Origin: an uncultured archaeon | Lineage (GTDB): Archaea > Asgardarchaeota > Lokiarchaeia > Sigyniarchaeales > SOKP01 | Length of the DNA stretch: 64,000 bases | Direction of reading: 5' to 3' | NCBI GenBank assembly: GCA_964486045.1 | Contig: CAZALK010000005.1 | Location: forward strand, 96,001 to 160,000 | Shown here: positions 19,457 through 29,700 of the stretch, in pieces | Layout of the letters: each line of letters begins with the position of its first letter | Numbering within the stretch: the first letter of the stretch is position 1 | The notes under the pieces: model-generated | The model's input: the letters and a program-made list of their open reading frames with translations, nothing else | Database searches by the model: none | Told to the model about the DNA's origin: nothing | Program-made: the position numbers and the translations under genes

Positions 19457-20803
19457 TCACTCTTTTTTCTTAAACCCTTTTTTGGAACCCTTACAATTTG
19501 GACATTTAAAATCATCAGGAAGGTCTTTAAATAGAGTTTCCATAACAACTTCATCATATTCCATTCCGCAATTGTCGCATATAAAAATATATAATTCGAG
19601 TAAATTTCTTAATTCCTCTTTCGATACTTCTTTTTCCAAGTTACTGTAAACATAAGAAATGGACTTAGTATCTCCTAACAAAATTGCTCCTTTGAGCTTG
19701 TTTCCTTTTAATACCAATTTTTGATAGCAACTATCTTTCTTGTCAGATCTTTTTAGAATTTCCCACCCACCGGCTTCCTCTCTGGAGGGATCAATAATGC
19801 CTATAGAAGTCAACTCTAAACCAACTATTTTAAGTGTATTTTTGGGTGTTGTTCCAAAATATTCAACTTTTTTTGACCCAAGAACCGATGCAGCAACAAT
19901 TTTCGATTGTTCCATACACGCAGGGATGATACCCCAAATCTGATTGTTATACTCAATGCAATCTCCAATTGCAAATATGTCTTTCTCACTGGTTTCTAAA
20001 AACTCATTTACAATAATACCCCTGTTTGTTGCTAAGTTAATTTTTTTAGCTAAATCAGTTGTGGGTTTGATCCCTGCCTGAATTAGCACAATATCCGCAT
20101 CTATTCTTGTTCCTCCTTTCAATTTTATGCCTGTTACTATTTCATCCCCTAGTATTTCTTCTGTTGCGGCATCTAAGACAACGTTAATTCCCCTTCTTTC
20201 TATTTCTTCCTTTAGCATAGTGCCACATTCGATATCTAATTGCCTTGGTAATAACCGAGGGAAAAATTCAACAACCGTAGTATCTAACTTACAGGCTTGT
20301 ATTTGATTTGCTAGCTCTAAGCCAAGCAACCCTCCCCCGATAATGATTGATTTCTTTGCTTTTTTACTTTTTATAAACTCTTTAATTTCTAAAGCATCAT
20401 CAATACTTCGTAATGTGAATACCCCTTTCTTCTCATCTCGCATTTTTACCGCATTTTTGATAGGAGGAATGTTAGGAGTACTTCCTAATGCCAAGATAAG
20501 TTTATCATAGGAAACAGGCTCTTCATTACCGTCAAGTTGTATTGTTTTAGTAGTGGGATCGATCTTATCAACGCGACTGTTTAGATTAAGATTAATTTTT
20601 TTTTTGTTATACCACTCCGGCTTAAAAACAATTAGTTTATCAATTGTAACCTTCTCTGAGATCAATTCAGGTAAATTTACTCGGGTATAATAGGGATACT
20701 TCTCTTGCGTAAAAATCTCAATTTCTGCATCTTCATTTAACAATCTGATATTTTGGGCAGCAAAAGTGCCAGAGACATTATTACCAATAATCACTACCTT
20801 CAT
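19457..20803 (-). CDS. NAD(P)H:rubredoxin oxidoreductase-like flavoprotein with C-terminal rubredoxin
   Basis: FAD/NAD Rossmann motifs (GGGLLGLE, AIGDC); C-terminal CDNCG...LPDDFKCPNC. Confidence 0.88.
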   Translation of the reverse strand: MKVVIIGNNVSGTFAAQNIRLLNEDAEIEIFTQEKYPYYTRVNLPELISEKVTIDKLIVFKPEWYNKKKINLNLNSRVDKIDPTTKTIQLDGNEEPVSYDKLILALGSTPNIPPIKNAVKMRDEKKGVFTLRSIDDALEIKEFIKSKKAKKSIIIGGGLLGLELANQIQACKLDTTVVEFFPRLLPRQLDIECGTMLKEEIERRGINVVLDAATEEILGDEIVTGIKLKGGTRIDADIVLIQAGIKPTTDLAKKINLATNRGIIVNEFLETSEKDIFAIGDCIEYNNQIWGIIPACMEQSKIVAASVLGSKKVEYFGTTPKNTLKIVGLELTSIGIIDPSREEAGGWEILKRSDKKDSCYQKLVLKGNKLKGAILLGDTKSISYVYSNLEKEVSKEELRNLLELYIFICDNCGMEYDEVVMETLFKDLPDDFKCPNCKGSKKGFKKKE

Positions 20804-20907
20804 AGAAATCTTACTCTGTTCTTCTTATTTTAAAGTTTTCATTATAGGTTTTAATTCTAAAGTATTTTAATGCTATGTAAAATCACATTAATGACGACAA
20901 GAAAAGG

Positions 20908-22113
20908 TTAGGTATTTAGTTTTTTATATTCTTCTAAAATTTTATCTGCAACATCATCAGTAGTTCCAAATTTTCCATTTTTTTGATACTTTGGGGGGAC
21001 TGCATCCTTAGGTAGTGTTTTCCAATTTTTTTCTATGTCTAATCCACCAATAAGTGTATTTTCAATTGCTTTTATTAATCCTATCGATTCTTTCTGATAA
21101 CCTAAATAATCTAGCATCATGCTAGCAGAAAGAATGGTTGCAGTAGGATTCGCAATTTTTTGACCTGCAATATCTGGAGCAGAGCCATGAGTTGGCTCAA
21201 AGTATGGAATTCTTGAACCATAGACTCCTGATCCTGAAACACCCAATCCTCCTACTATTTGTGCTGCTTCATCAGATAAGATATCACCCATCATATTTGG
21301 GATTACTATGGTATCATGATAATCTGGAAATCTAATTAATCTGGCCGCAAAATCATCAACTATATATGTTTCAACTTGAAGTTCAGGATATTCCATCTTT
21401 GCAATTTTTTTAATTCGTTTTAAAAACATACCATCTTGAGAGCGAAGTACATTTGGTTTACATACAATTTCAAGTAATCCTTTCCCAATTCCTTCATTTT
21501 TTCGTCTCATACAAACTTCGCATGCAACTCTACCGATTCTATCTGTTGCTTTTGGGGATATTATTCTAATTGCATATATTGCATCCTCAGTCCATTTCTC
21601 TATATCAGGTTTAGAAATAATTCCCTTTCCGATCAACTTTGTAAGTTTTCCTTCTTTTCCAGTAGCTGCATACATTCCCTCTGTGCCTTCTCTTATAAAT
21701 GTATAATCTACATTTTCAACCAATTCCCTCTTAAGCGTAGTATTCATACCTCTAAAATATTTAATAGGTCTAATATTAGCATAGTTTCCGAGACCCCACC
21801 GTAAATAAGCGATTACTTGAACAGCACTTTTATGGGTTGCTCCAAACAGAACGGCGTCACAGTTGTCTACTGCTTTCTTAGTTTCTTCCGGAAATGCAAT
21901 GCCTTGAGTTTTTATAGCAGTTTCACCGCAAGGCATACTTTTTATTTCTAATCCCCTAATTTTCATACTTTTTAAGATATTGACTGTTGCATTTACTACA
22001 GTTGGACCTATACCGTCACCTCCTAGTGCTATAACTTTTTTTGGTGTCTCATTAATCCTTGGGCTTTTTAAGACATTTTTTACATAACTCTTTTCCATAA
22101 AATCTAATCTCAT
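20908..22113 (-). CDS. Isopropylmalate/(homo)isocitrate dehydrogenase family (LeuB/AksF-like)
   Basis: GDGIGP, NIRP, REGTEGMY, NMMGDILSD, FEPTHGSAPDIAG. Confidence 0.9.
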   Translation of the reverse strand: MRLDFMEKSYVKNVLKSPRINETPKKVIALGGDGIGPTVVNATVNILKSMKIRGLEIKSMPCGETAIKTQGIAFPEETKKAVDNCDAVLFGATHKSAVQVIAYLRWGLGNYANIRPIKYFRGMNTTLKRELVENVDYTFIREGTEGMYAATGKEGKLTKLIGKGIISKPDIEKWTEDAIYAIRIISPKATDRIGRVACEVCMRRKNEGIGKGLLEIVCKPNVLRSQDGMFLKRIKKIAKMEYPELQVETYIVDDFAARLIRFPDYHDTIVIPNMMGDILSDEAAQIVGGLGVSGSGVYGSRIPYFEPTHGSAPDIAGQKIANPTATILSASMMLDYLGYQKESIGLIKAIENTLIGGLDIEKNWKTLPKDAVPPKYQKNGKFGTTDDVADKILEEYKKLNT

Positions 22114-22141
22114 CCTTTTTTTTTATAAAAATTAGTAATTA

Positions 22142-22675
22142 TTATACATCTTCCCGTAGTTCAGAAAGTAGTATTTCGATCAAACCGTTCTTTTTTAAAA
22201 TTTTTAGAAGTAATGGATGAATTTTTTTTCCATTGAATACTTCTTCTGTATTTAAATTTTTGATTTCTGCTTTAGGTATGTTTAATTCAATAATATCTCC
22301 AGTTTGAAATTGCTTTGAAATGTTTTCCGCTTCTATTACTGGAAATCCTCGAGCAATAGAAGAACGATAAAATATACGAGCAAAACTCTCAGCAATAACG
22401 GCTATTATCCCCTTTTCCTGCAGTATTGTTGGAGCAGTTTCTCTACTTGAACCACATCCAAAATTTCTACCTGCGACAATTATATCCCCATCCTTTACTT
22501 CCGTAGGGAATTCTTTAATTAGTGTTTCACAAGTATGTTTTAATGTTGCATTTAAATCATCTAAATACTGACCTGGGGATATTGCATCAGTATCAACATT
22601 ATCTGGAAATAACCATATTTTTCCATTTATAATTTCTTTAAATTCTTTAGTGGTTCTTTTCCCTATTATAGTCAT
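22142..22675 (-). CDS. leuD: Isopropylmalate isomerase/homoaconitase small subunit
   Basis: NVDTDAI, NFGCGSSRE, SFARIFYR. Confidence 0.85.
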   Translation of the reverse strand: MTIIGKRTTKEFKEIINGKIWLFPDNVDTDAISPGQYLDDLNATLKHTCETLIKEFPTEVKDGDIIVAGRNFGCGSSRETAPTILQEKGIIAVIAESFARIFYRSSIARGFPVIEAENISKQFQTGDIIELNIPKAEIKNLNTEEVFNGKKIHPLLLKILKKNGLIEILLSELREDV

Positions 22676-22685
22676 TTAATCACCT

Positions 22686-23966
22686 TCAATATTCTCTTGG
22701 ATCTGAGATTTCACCTTTTAAAGCAGAAGCTGCTACAGTAGCAGGCGATCCAAGATAGATTTCTGCATTGTTACTCCCCATCCTACCCTGAAAGTTCCTA
22801 TTAGAGCTCGAGATGCATTTCTCACTTGGGGCAAGGAGTCCGCCATGTCCACCAAAGCAAGCACCGCAATTTGGGTTTGTGATTATTGCTCCAGCATTAA
22901 TTAATTTCTCTGCTATACCAGATTTTGCTGTTTTTAACCATATCTCTTGAGATGCAGGAGTTATGATCATCCTAACGTCTGGATGTATTTTCTTGCCATC
23001 CAGAATTTTTGCTGCAATTTCTAAATCTTCAAATCTTCCATTTGTACATGAACCTAAAAAAGCTTGATTTATTTTAATTCCAGTAACTTCGGAAACAGGT
23101 TTAACATTGTCAATTGTATGTGGACATGAAACTTGAGGTTCTAAATCATCAACTTCAATTTCATAAATCCTTTCATAAATAGCATTATCATCTGGTTTAA
23201 TTAATTCAAGGAATTTGTTTGTTTTTTCTTTTAACCACTCTAATACCTTTTGATCTGGAATACCAAAAGCAAATTTGGCTCCTAATTCTAATGCAAAATT
23301 AGACATAGTCATACGAGAAGGAATACTTAAGGATTCCATAGTCCCTCCCGTAAATTCAATCGATTTATATATACCAACCTCTGATGTATAATCTCCAGCA
23401 ATCTTTATTATTAAATCTTTACTCATAACATTATAGGGTAATCTACCATTAATTTCAAACTTGATCGAAGATGGAACCCGAAACCATAATTTTCCAGTCA
23501 CATAAGCATAAAATAGATCGGTATTCCCTACCCCACAACTAGCTGCATTGAAAGCCCCATATGTAGTTGTATGACTATCACCTCCGATAATTAGCATCCC
23601 TGGATTAATATGACCTTTTTCTGGAAGAACCTGATGACATATTCCTTCTCTAATATCATAAAAATTTGTAATTCCTTGATTTTTTACAAATTTGCGAATG
23701 AGATCATGTACCCCAGCCCATTTTTCTGTTGGTGCAGGATTGTAATGATCAAATAGAATAACAATTTTATTGGGATCAAAAACTTTCCGTTTCTTGGGTG
23801 GATGTATCTTTTGAAAATCTAGGACTACTTTTGCTGTTCCAAAATGACTCATTATTAAATCTATGTTTGCAAAAATTATATCATTCGCTTTAACCTCTTC
23901 ACCAGAGATTGAATGAGATCCTAAGATTTTTTCAGCAATAGTTTTCCCACTCATTTTACTGACCAA
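22686..23966 (-). CDS. leuC: Isopropylmalate isomerase/homoaconitase large subunit
   Basis: GICHQ, DSHT, GSCTNGR, CGACFG, NRNFQGRMG, SPATVAASA. Confidence 0.88.
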   Translation of the reverse strand: MVSKMSGKTIAEKILGSHSISGEEVKANDIIFANIDLIMSHFGTAKVVLDFQKIHPPKKRKVFDPNKIVILFDHYNPAPTEKWAGVHDLIRKFVKNQGITNFYDIREGICHQVLPEKGHINPGMLIIGGDSHTTTYGAFNAASCGVGNTDLFYAYVTGKLWFRVPSSIKFEINGRLPYNVMSKDLIIKIAGDYTSEVGIYKSIEFTGGTMESLSIPSRMTMSNFALELGAKFAFGIPDQKVLEWLKEKTNKFLELIKPDDNAIYERIYEIEVDDLEPQVSCPHTIDNVKPVSEVTGIKINQAFLGSCTNGRFEDLEIAAKILDGKKIHPDVRMIITPASQEIWLKTAKSGIAEKLINAGAIITNPNCGACFGGHGGLLAPSEKCISSSNRNFQGRMGSNNAEIYLGSPATVAASALKGEISDPREY

Positions 23967-24152
23967 TAAAAGAAAAAAATAATTTTTAATAACATCATAA
24001 ATAGAAATTCATTATTTTTAAAGTCTTAAATCTTCGAGTTTAAATTGTTACTATTATCAATTAATTCTCATCTAATCTGAGAACCTTGAACCAAAAAATA
24101 GATACAAATAAAAATATAAATATAAATAAATAAAAATAATGAATGTGTTTAT

Positions 24153-24521
24153 TTAATTTGGTAATTTAAGTGGAAGACCTGGGAAATCTTTGGGACTTCC
24201 TAAGTTAACTTCTCTATTTACTGAATCAATAATTATCTTTGCCTTTTTTAGACTGTTTCCTGTGTTTTTTAAAAGAACATTTGTATTTTGAAATAATTCG
24301 TTATAATTTGTTCTCTGTGAATTGAAATGTTCCTTAATCATTTTGGTGCTCATTTTTGAAGTTCTTAGCGATCTTCTTATAATTTCGCATGAATTGTTGA
24401 TTGTTGATAGATTTCCCTTTATAAAATCCCAAGCATTAACGTAATTATTATTTTCTTCAGTTTCTTGACTATTCCTTCTTTTTTCAACCTTATTTTTTCG
24501 ATTAATCATTTTAAAAACCAT
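24153..24521 (-). CDS. Hypothetical helical protein
   Basis: 122-aa ORF filling an intergenic gap; no recognisable motif. Confidence 0.5.
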   Translation of the reverse strand: MVFKMINRKNKVEKRRNSQETEENNNYVNAWDFIKGNLSTINNSCEIIRRSLRTSKMSTKMIKEHFNSQRTNYNELFQNTNVLLKNTGNSLKKAKIIIDSVNREVNLGSPKDFPGLPLKLPN

Positions 24522-24754
24522 TTTTTATTGTGAAAGTTTATTGTAAAATATGTAAAAATTTTAGTTTTTACATATATATTATTTTTTTTGTACCTTTATA
24601 AATATTTCTTAATTATTTTATTAATTTTTGATTTTATAAACATTTACGTAGTCAGTATTGAATATGTCTGTATGTCGTATTTTAAACATCATGATTTGAA
24701 ATTATGAACATGTTCGAAGTTAAGAATATAATTCAATCTCAATTTCAATTAATT

Positions 24755-25534
24755 ATGACTGAAGCAAAACAAAAATTAGTTAATAGAAAAATTATAAAAA
24801 TTGATGAAGAGCTTTGTACCGGATGCGGTAATTGTATTGTGGATTGCGCAGAGGGAGCTTTAAAAGTTATCGATGGAAAAGCAAGAGTTATAAATGAAAT
24901 ATTTTGTGATGGCCTCGGAGCGTGTATTTCTGGCTGTCCAGAGGATGCACTTGAAATTATTGAGAGAGAATCATTAGAATTCGATGAAGAAGCTGTAGAA
25001 AAACATTTAGAGACTTTAAAAACAGAAGAGCCTGAACACCTTTTAGCAACTGAAGAACCCGGATTTGTCGAATGTGGATGCCCTGGTTCTCGTACTATGA
25101 CATTTGAAGAAAATACTGAGGAAGCAGAACAAATTACAGGAGGAAAAGTGCAATCCCAATTACGCCAATGGCCTATTCAAATGCATTTAATCTCTCCTAC
25201 AGCACCCTACTTTCAAGGAGCGGACGTTTTGCTTTCTGCTGATTGTGTTGCCTATTCTTTAGGTGGATACCATCCAGAATATTTAAAAGGTAAATCGGTT
25301 GGAATCGCTTGTCCTAAATTAGATCAAGGTCAGGAATCTTACATGGAAAAAATTAGGAGTTGGATAGATGATGCTAAAATCAATACCCTTACAGTGATGA
25401 CTATGCAAGTTCCGTGTTGTTCAGGACTCGTATATCTTGCAAAACAAGCTGCAGCGAAAGCTTCGAGAAAAGTTCCAATTAAGAGTATTGTGATTAGTTT
25501 GCAGGGAGAAATTTTAAGTGAAGAATGGATTTAA
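24755..25534 (+). CDS. 4Fe-4S dicluster protein with Cys-rich C-terminal domain (start taken at ATG 24755; track 24704)
   Basis: CTGCGNCIVDC, CDGLGACISGCP, CGCPG, QWPIQ, ADC, ACPKLD, VPCC. Confidence 0.88.
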   Translation: MTEAKQKLVNRKIIKIDEELCTGCGNCIVDCAEGALKVIDGKARVINEIFCDGLGACISGCPEDALEIIERESLEFDEEAVEKHLETLKTEEPEHLLATEEPGFVECGCPGSRTMTFEENTEEAEQITGGKVQSQLRQWPIQMHLISPTAPYFQGADVLLSADCVAYSLGGYHPEYLKGKSVGIACPKLDQGQESYMEKIRSWIDDAKINTLTVMTMQVPCCSGLVYLAKQAAAKASRKVPIKSIVISLQGEILSEEWI

Positions 25535-25973
25535 TTTTTTTTTTATTCTTTTTAAATATAAAATTAGATAATGATTTTTAAAAAAAAAGAAGATTTTTTA
25601 TTTATTTGTTAGAGTTACATCAATCTTATCAACTAATTGTAGTCCCTTCTCTGACAATCTTGATACTAATTTCTCTCTCAAAATTAAGACTTACAGTTTA
25701 AACAATGAAAAGTATCATGATCGAGTAACGAGGTTCCTAAATAATATTCAAATACTTTAGTAGATTAGCGCCCTTCCTTTTTTTAAATAAATGGATTCTT
25801 AATCTTATTTTCTAATATATTTATACCTGAAAAAGTTCTATTTTCACTACTTAACATAAAAGCTTTGATATAGGAGAATAAATTGCTCTTAAATTTATAA
25901 GAATGTGAGTCTTTTATTTTGCAATATAAAACTTTGTTCATTCAATCAAATAACAAAACAAATGTGAAAAAAT

Positions 25974-26941
25974 ATGACTCAAAAATTAGATTCATTTAAA
26001 TCAAAGCTCGCGTTAGTAAAAGGGCCAATAGCTCAATATTTTGCGTTAGCCATCGCTATTACGTGGGCGTTCTGGATCCCCCCATCCTCATAGCTTCAGT
26101 CAATGATTATTTTTTACCCAGTGCATATAGTTTTAGGGATATTACGAATACTGGATTTAAAGACGGATTTCATATATTAGTTTTCATTATAAACCAAGTT
26201 GGTGTATATGGTCCTCTGTTTGCTGCTATTATCGTTTCATGGAAAAACTAAGGTAAAAGTGATGTAAAAGATCTCTTAGGTAAAATTAAAGTATGGCGAG
26301 TTAAACCCAAATGGACACTCATTATTCTCTTACTTCCATTCATATTCGCAGTTATTCCCCTCGGGATTAACCTATTAATGGGAGGTGAAATTTTGGGGGC
26401 TTTTAACCCTTGAATGACCGGCCTAATTATATTTCTCACCCTCGCAAATAATATTGTAACCAGTGGACTTGAAGAGCCAGGCTGGCGGGGATTTGCATTT
26501 CCTGAGATGAAAAAGAAAGATGAGGCATACAGAAGTAGTCTGATAGTTGGTGTCTTCTGGGCGATATGGCATTATCCTTACGTACTTTACATAAATTATA
26601 TATCTTTGCCTGCAAATTTTCACCCAGGTGCCATAGTTGGAATTGAAATTTATTCTCTACTTGGATTTACAGCTGTAATTCTGGCGGGAAGTGTAATATT
26701 CTCATGGGTTTATGCAAATACAGAAAGTTTGCTTATTTTAATCTTATTTCATGCTTTCCAAAATATTTTTCCAATATTCGTAATGGGGCAAGCAGTTGAT
26801 ATGGGACCAGGTACCCTTTTCGTAGCGTTATTCTAATGGATAGTCGTAGGTTTAATTACGAAATACTACGGAACAGAAACTATGACAGGACTCACTGAGG
26901 AAGAGAGAGCTGTGAAAGAAGCGAAAAAAAATAAAAAATAA
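25974..26941 (+). pseudogene. Disrupted CPBP/Abi (type II CAAX) intramembrane protease
   Basis: Continuous membrane-protein reading with EEPGWRG, WAIWH, FH motifs; frameshift at the C6 run 26078-26083 and in-frame stops TAA 26249, TGA 26411, TAA 26834. Confidence 0.85.
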
Positions 26942-26987
26942 CAATTTTTCCTACATTTTATATCTAATTCTTCTTTTTTTTATTTAA

Positions 26988-27036
26988 TTATTTCTCGAAT
27001 AAGACTTTCTTTTTAATGATTTTTCAAAGTATTACT
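26988..27036 (+). repeat. 49-bp direct repeat, copy A: displaced duplicate of the 3' end of the 27752-28405 gene
   Basis: ttatttctcgaataagactttctttttaatgatttttcaaagtattact; 46/49 identical to 27752-27800. Confidence 0.92.
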
Positions 27037-27042
27037 TAGAAT

Positions 27043-27630
27043 TCACAAAACATATTCGATCGATAATTGATTATTATAATTTTGCCTAATTGTAAATGAA
27101 GGGTCTCCCGCGTTATGACACACAATTACAAAGTAATCAACACCATTGCTATAAACGTAAAGAGAAGATTGTATAGGATAGTACAGTGTACTCGGTTGTG
27201 TACTCGGATTAGCTGATATTGAAAATTGTTCAAAAACACTAGCAGTAGAGCCGTTTCTTAGAAGATTTATGGCATATTCTGCATTAGCATCCAAATTATC
27301 TAATAAGCATGTTAAAGTTATTTTATAATATCCCTCTTGTATTAATACAAAGCGTGTGTTTCCATTGCTAACAGAAATATAATTAGAGTCGTTCATTGGG
27401 CTGTTCCGAAATTCGATTAACCAAGTGCCAGTTAAATCCCAAGGGGCATAATTTGTATTCCTGGCAAGATCCTCCCACAATCCCACTAAGACCAATCCTG
27501 AGTCTGGTGTAGGGGTTATTGGGGATAAAAATTCATATTTTAAAAACAGATAACCACTTAAACCTAGTCCCCCAAAGGCAATGATCCCCAACAAAATAAC
27601 ACCAGCGCTTCTTCCGCTCATTTTTATCAC
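27043..27630 (-). CDS. Membrane-anchored beta-rich extracellular protein (start may be ATG 27621)
   Basis: N-terminal TM (GVILLGIIAFGGLGLSGYLF), PT linker, beta-strand-rich domain (EGYYKITL...NQLSIEYV) reminiscent of a C1q/BclA-like fold. Confidence 0.7.
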   Translation of the reverse strand: MIKMSGRSAGVILLGIIAFGGLGLSGYLFLKYEFLSPITPTPDSGLVLVGLWEDLARNTNYAPWDLTGTWLIEFRNSPMNDSNYISVSNGNTRFVLIQEGYYKITLTCLLDNLDANAEYAINLLRNGSTASVFEQFSISANPSTQPSTLYYPIQSSLYVYSNGVDYFVIVCHNAGDPSFTIRQNYNNQLSIEYVL

Positions 27631-27751
27631 ACCACCAAAACTATAAAACTATAATATTTTACCATATATATAATTAATACAATTTTTTTATTAGCACTCG
27701 TTGCATTATTAACAGAAAAAATTGAGAAAAAGGCCTTTAAGATGCTTCTAC

Positions 27752-27800
27752 TTATTTCTCGAATAAGACTTTCTTTTTAATAATTTTTCTAAGCATTACT
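27752..27800 (+). repeat. 49-bp direct repeat, copy B: last 15 codons plus stop of the HTH regulator
   Basis: ttatttctcgaataagactttctttttaataatttttctaagcattact. Confidence 0.92.
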
Positions 27801-28405
27801 GAGAGGGCTGATTTTGACTTTCCCATTTGATTAGCTAATTCTTCTAGTGAGATTTTTCTTGGAACTTCGAAAAAACCCGTTTTAATTGCTCGATCTAGAG
27901 TTTTAGATTCATTCAGACTCAATTTATATTTTTCATCATCAAGATCGTAGGGCACACTCCCAATCCGGAGTAATTCATAATTTATTTGCTTTTCATCAAA
28001 TAAAGTTAATAGTTTATCAATCCTGCCTCTTGAGGAAATTAATCTCCAAAATGCGTAGCCTTCTCTTACATTTACAGGAAAATCGATTAGTACCCCACAT
28101 TTTATTACGGCATACAATAAGTAAGGATCTTTTGTCTTTATGTTTATTTTTATTCTATTTTCTTCTTGCTCCAAAAGACTGAATTCGACAACAGAGGGAT
28201 GACCCTTTATTTCTTTAATTATCGATTCAGGATCATAATGCAGAATTTCAAAAATAGAATTGCCTATGGATTTTTCAAGATCATAAGGAAGGAAGTATTG
28301 AATTTCCATTCTCACATCCGGAAATTCTTTAAAAATATGAGAAATCCAGAGTTTATCTGGAAATTTTACTTTAATTCGCGCTAAACTAGATTTATCAGAC
28401 TGCAT
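27752..28405 (-). CDS. HTH_10 (bacterio-opsin-activator-like) transcription regulator
   Basis: C-terminal AIKTGFFEVPRKISLEELANQMGKSKSALSVMLRK. Confidence 0.85.
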   Translation of the reverse strand: MQSDKSSLARIKVKFPDKLWISHIFKEFPDVRMEIQYFLPYDLEKSIGNSIFEILHYDPESIIKEIKGHPSVVEFSLLEQEENRIKINIKTKDPYLLYAVIKCGVLIDFPVNVREGYAFWRLISSRGRIDKLLTLFDEKQINYELLRIGSVPYDLDDEKYKLSLNESKTLDRAIKTGFFEVPRKISLEELANQMGKSKSALSVMLRKIIKKKVLFEK

Positions 28406-28462
28406 TTTAAATTTATTTTCTAATCAGTACTTTTTTAATATGGCAGAAAATTAAATAAAATT

Positions 28463-29062
28463 ATGGTTGAAAATAAAAACCAAATTCTTGGGATATGTGG
28501 GAGTCCAAGAAAGCAGGGAACTGATTACGCAGTAAATTATGCATTACAATATGCTGCTGACAAGTTTGGTTTTGAAACTGAGTTTTGGTCAGTGAAGAAA
28601 AAGATAATAAAGTTCTGCACACACTGTAATTATTGCATACGAGAGAAGAAAGGTTGTATAAACGAAGATGCTTTACAGGAATTATATCCGTTATTAGAAA
28701 ACGCAAAATTTTTTCTCATTGGTACCCCCGTTTTTCAAGGTACTTTGTCAGGACAATTGAAAACGGTATTTGATCGCTGCCGTGCTTTAGTAGCCAAAAA
28801 TCCAGAAGTTTTTAAAAATAAGATCGGAGCTGCGTTAGCAGTAGGAGGAGATAGAAATGGGGGACAAGAAATCGCTATAAGAAGTATTTTGGATTTTTAT
28901 CTTCAGAACCATGTTTTAACTGTATCTGGAGGAGCTTTTGGAGCAAATTTAGGCGCAAGCTTGTGGAGTAATGATTTAGGATTGAAAGGCATTGAGTCTG
29001 ATAAGGATGGTCTAAGGGGAATTAGAAAGGTCATCAAAAGGATGCATGAATTTAAAGTTTAA
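28463..29062 (+). CDS. Iron-sulfur flavoprotein (Isf)/flavodoxin-like
   Basis: GSPRKQGT, CTHCNYC...C, GTPVF, DRCRAL, GGDRNGGQE. Confidence 0.88.
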   Translation: MVENKNQILGICGSPRKQGTDYAVNYALQYAADKFGFETEFWSVKKKIIKFCTHCNYCIREKKGCINEDALQELYPLLENAKFFLIGTPVFQGTLSGQLKTVFDRCRALVAKNPEVFKNKIGAALAVGGDRNGGQEIAIRSILDFYLQNHVLTVSGGAFGANLGASLWSNDLGLKGIESDKDGLRGIRKVIKRMHEFKV

Positions 29063-29150
29063 TATTTCAGGAGTTTTAGTTTATCTTGAATTTGATAAGA
29101 AGAAGAGTTTATGCATTTGAAATTTTTTGACTAAATTAAATAAAAAGTAA

Positions 29151-29450
29151 TTAATTGAGGAATAATTTTTCTGCTTCTTTTACTCGTAAACCATTAATTC
29201 CCCAAAGTTCTTTAAACCAATACTTACCTTTGTGTAAAACCGCAGGAGTGTTTACAATACATCCATCAGCATCACAGAATGTCGCGAGGAAATTCTTATC
29301 ATGAAGTAATTCATGAACGAACTCCTCATCATCAATGTCTCTTTCAACATATCCTACATCTTTCTCCTTAAGCCATTCTTTGAGCTCGTGACATCGATGA
29401 CAATCCTCTTTTGTGATCACAATAGGAACATTTCCTTCAGTCATAGTCAT
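29151..29450 (-). CDS. Glutaredoxin/NrdH-like protein (start taken at ATG 29450; track 29516)
   Basis: TKEDCHRC active site, cis-Pro NTP, extra CDADGC. Confidence 0.75.
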   Translation of the reverse strand: MTMTEGNVPIVITKEDCHRCHELKEWLKEKDVGYVERDIDDEEFVHELLHDKNFLATFCDADGCIVNTPAVLHKGKYWFKELWGINGLRVKEAEKLFLN

Positions 29451-29700
29451 ATATAAAAAAAATGAATATATAAAATTTTCATCTTTGGATCGAAAAAGCA
29501 AAAGCTGTAAAAGCAATTTGGCTCAAGAAGAATACCACAAAAATTAATATTTAATAAATTTTTAGCAATTTAGTTTAAGTTCTCATTTTAAATCTAATGA
29601 TTTTTAATAGATTAAAACCAATAGATTAAAATTTCTAAAAATCCTTAAATTGAATAAGGTTCTAAGAGAAAATCTTAATTAAATAAATTAGAAATATCTT

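Noticed and set aside
25974-26941. Stop-codon recoding (Sec, Pyl or an alternative code) in the CPBP gene
   Set aside because: The stops are mixed (TAA, TGA, TAA), a frameshift is also present, and other genes in the window end normally at these codons.
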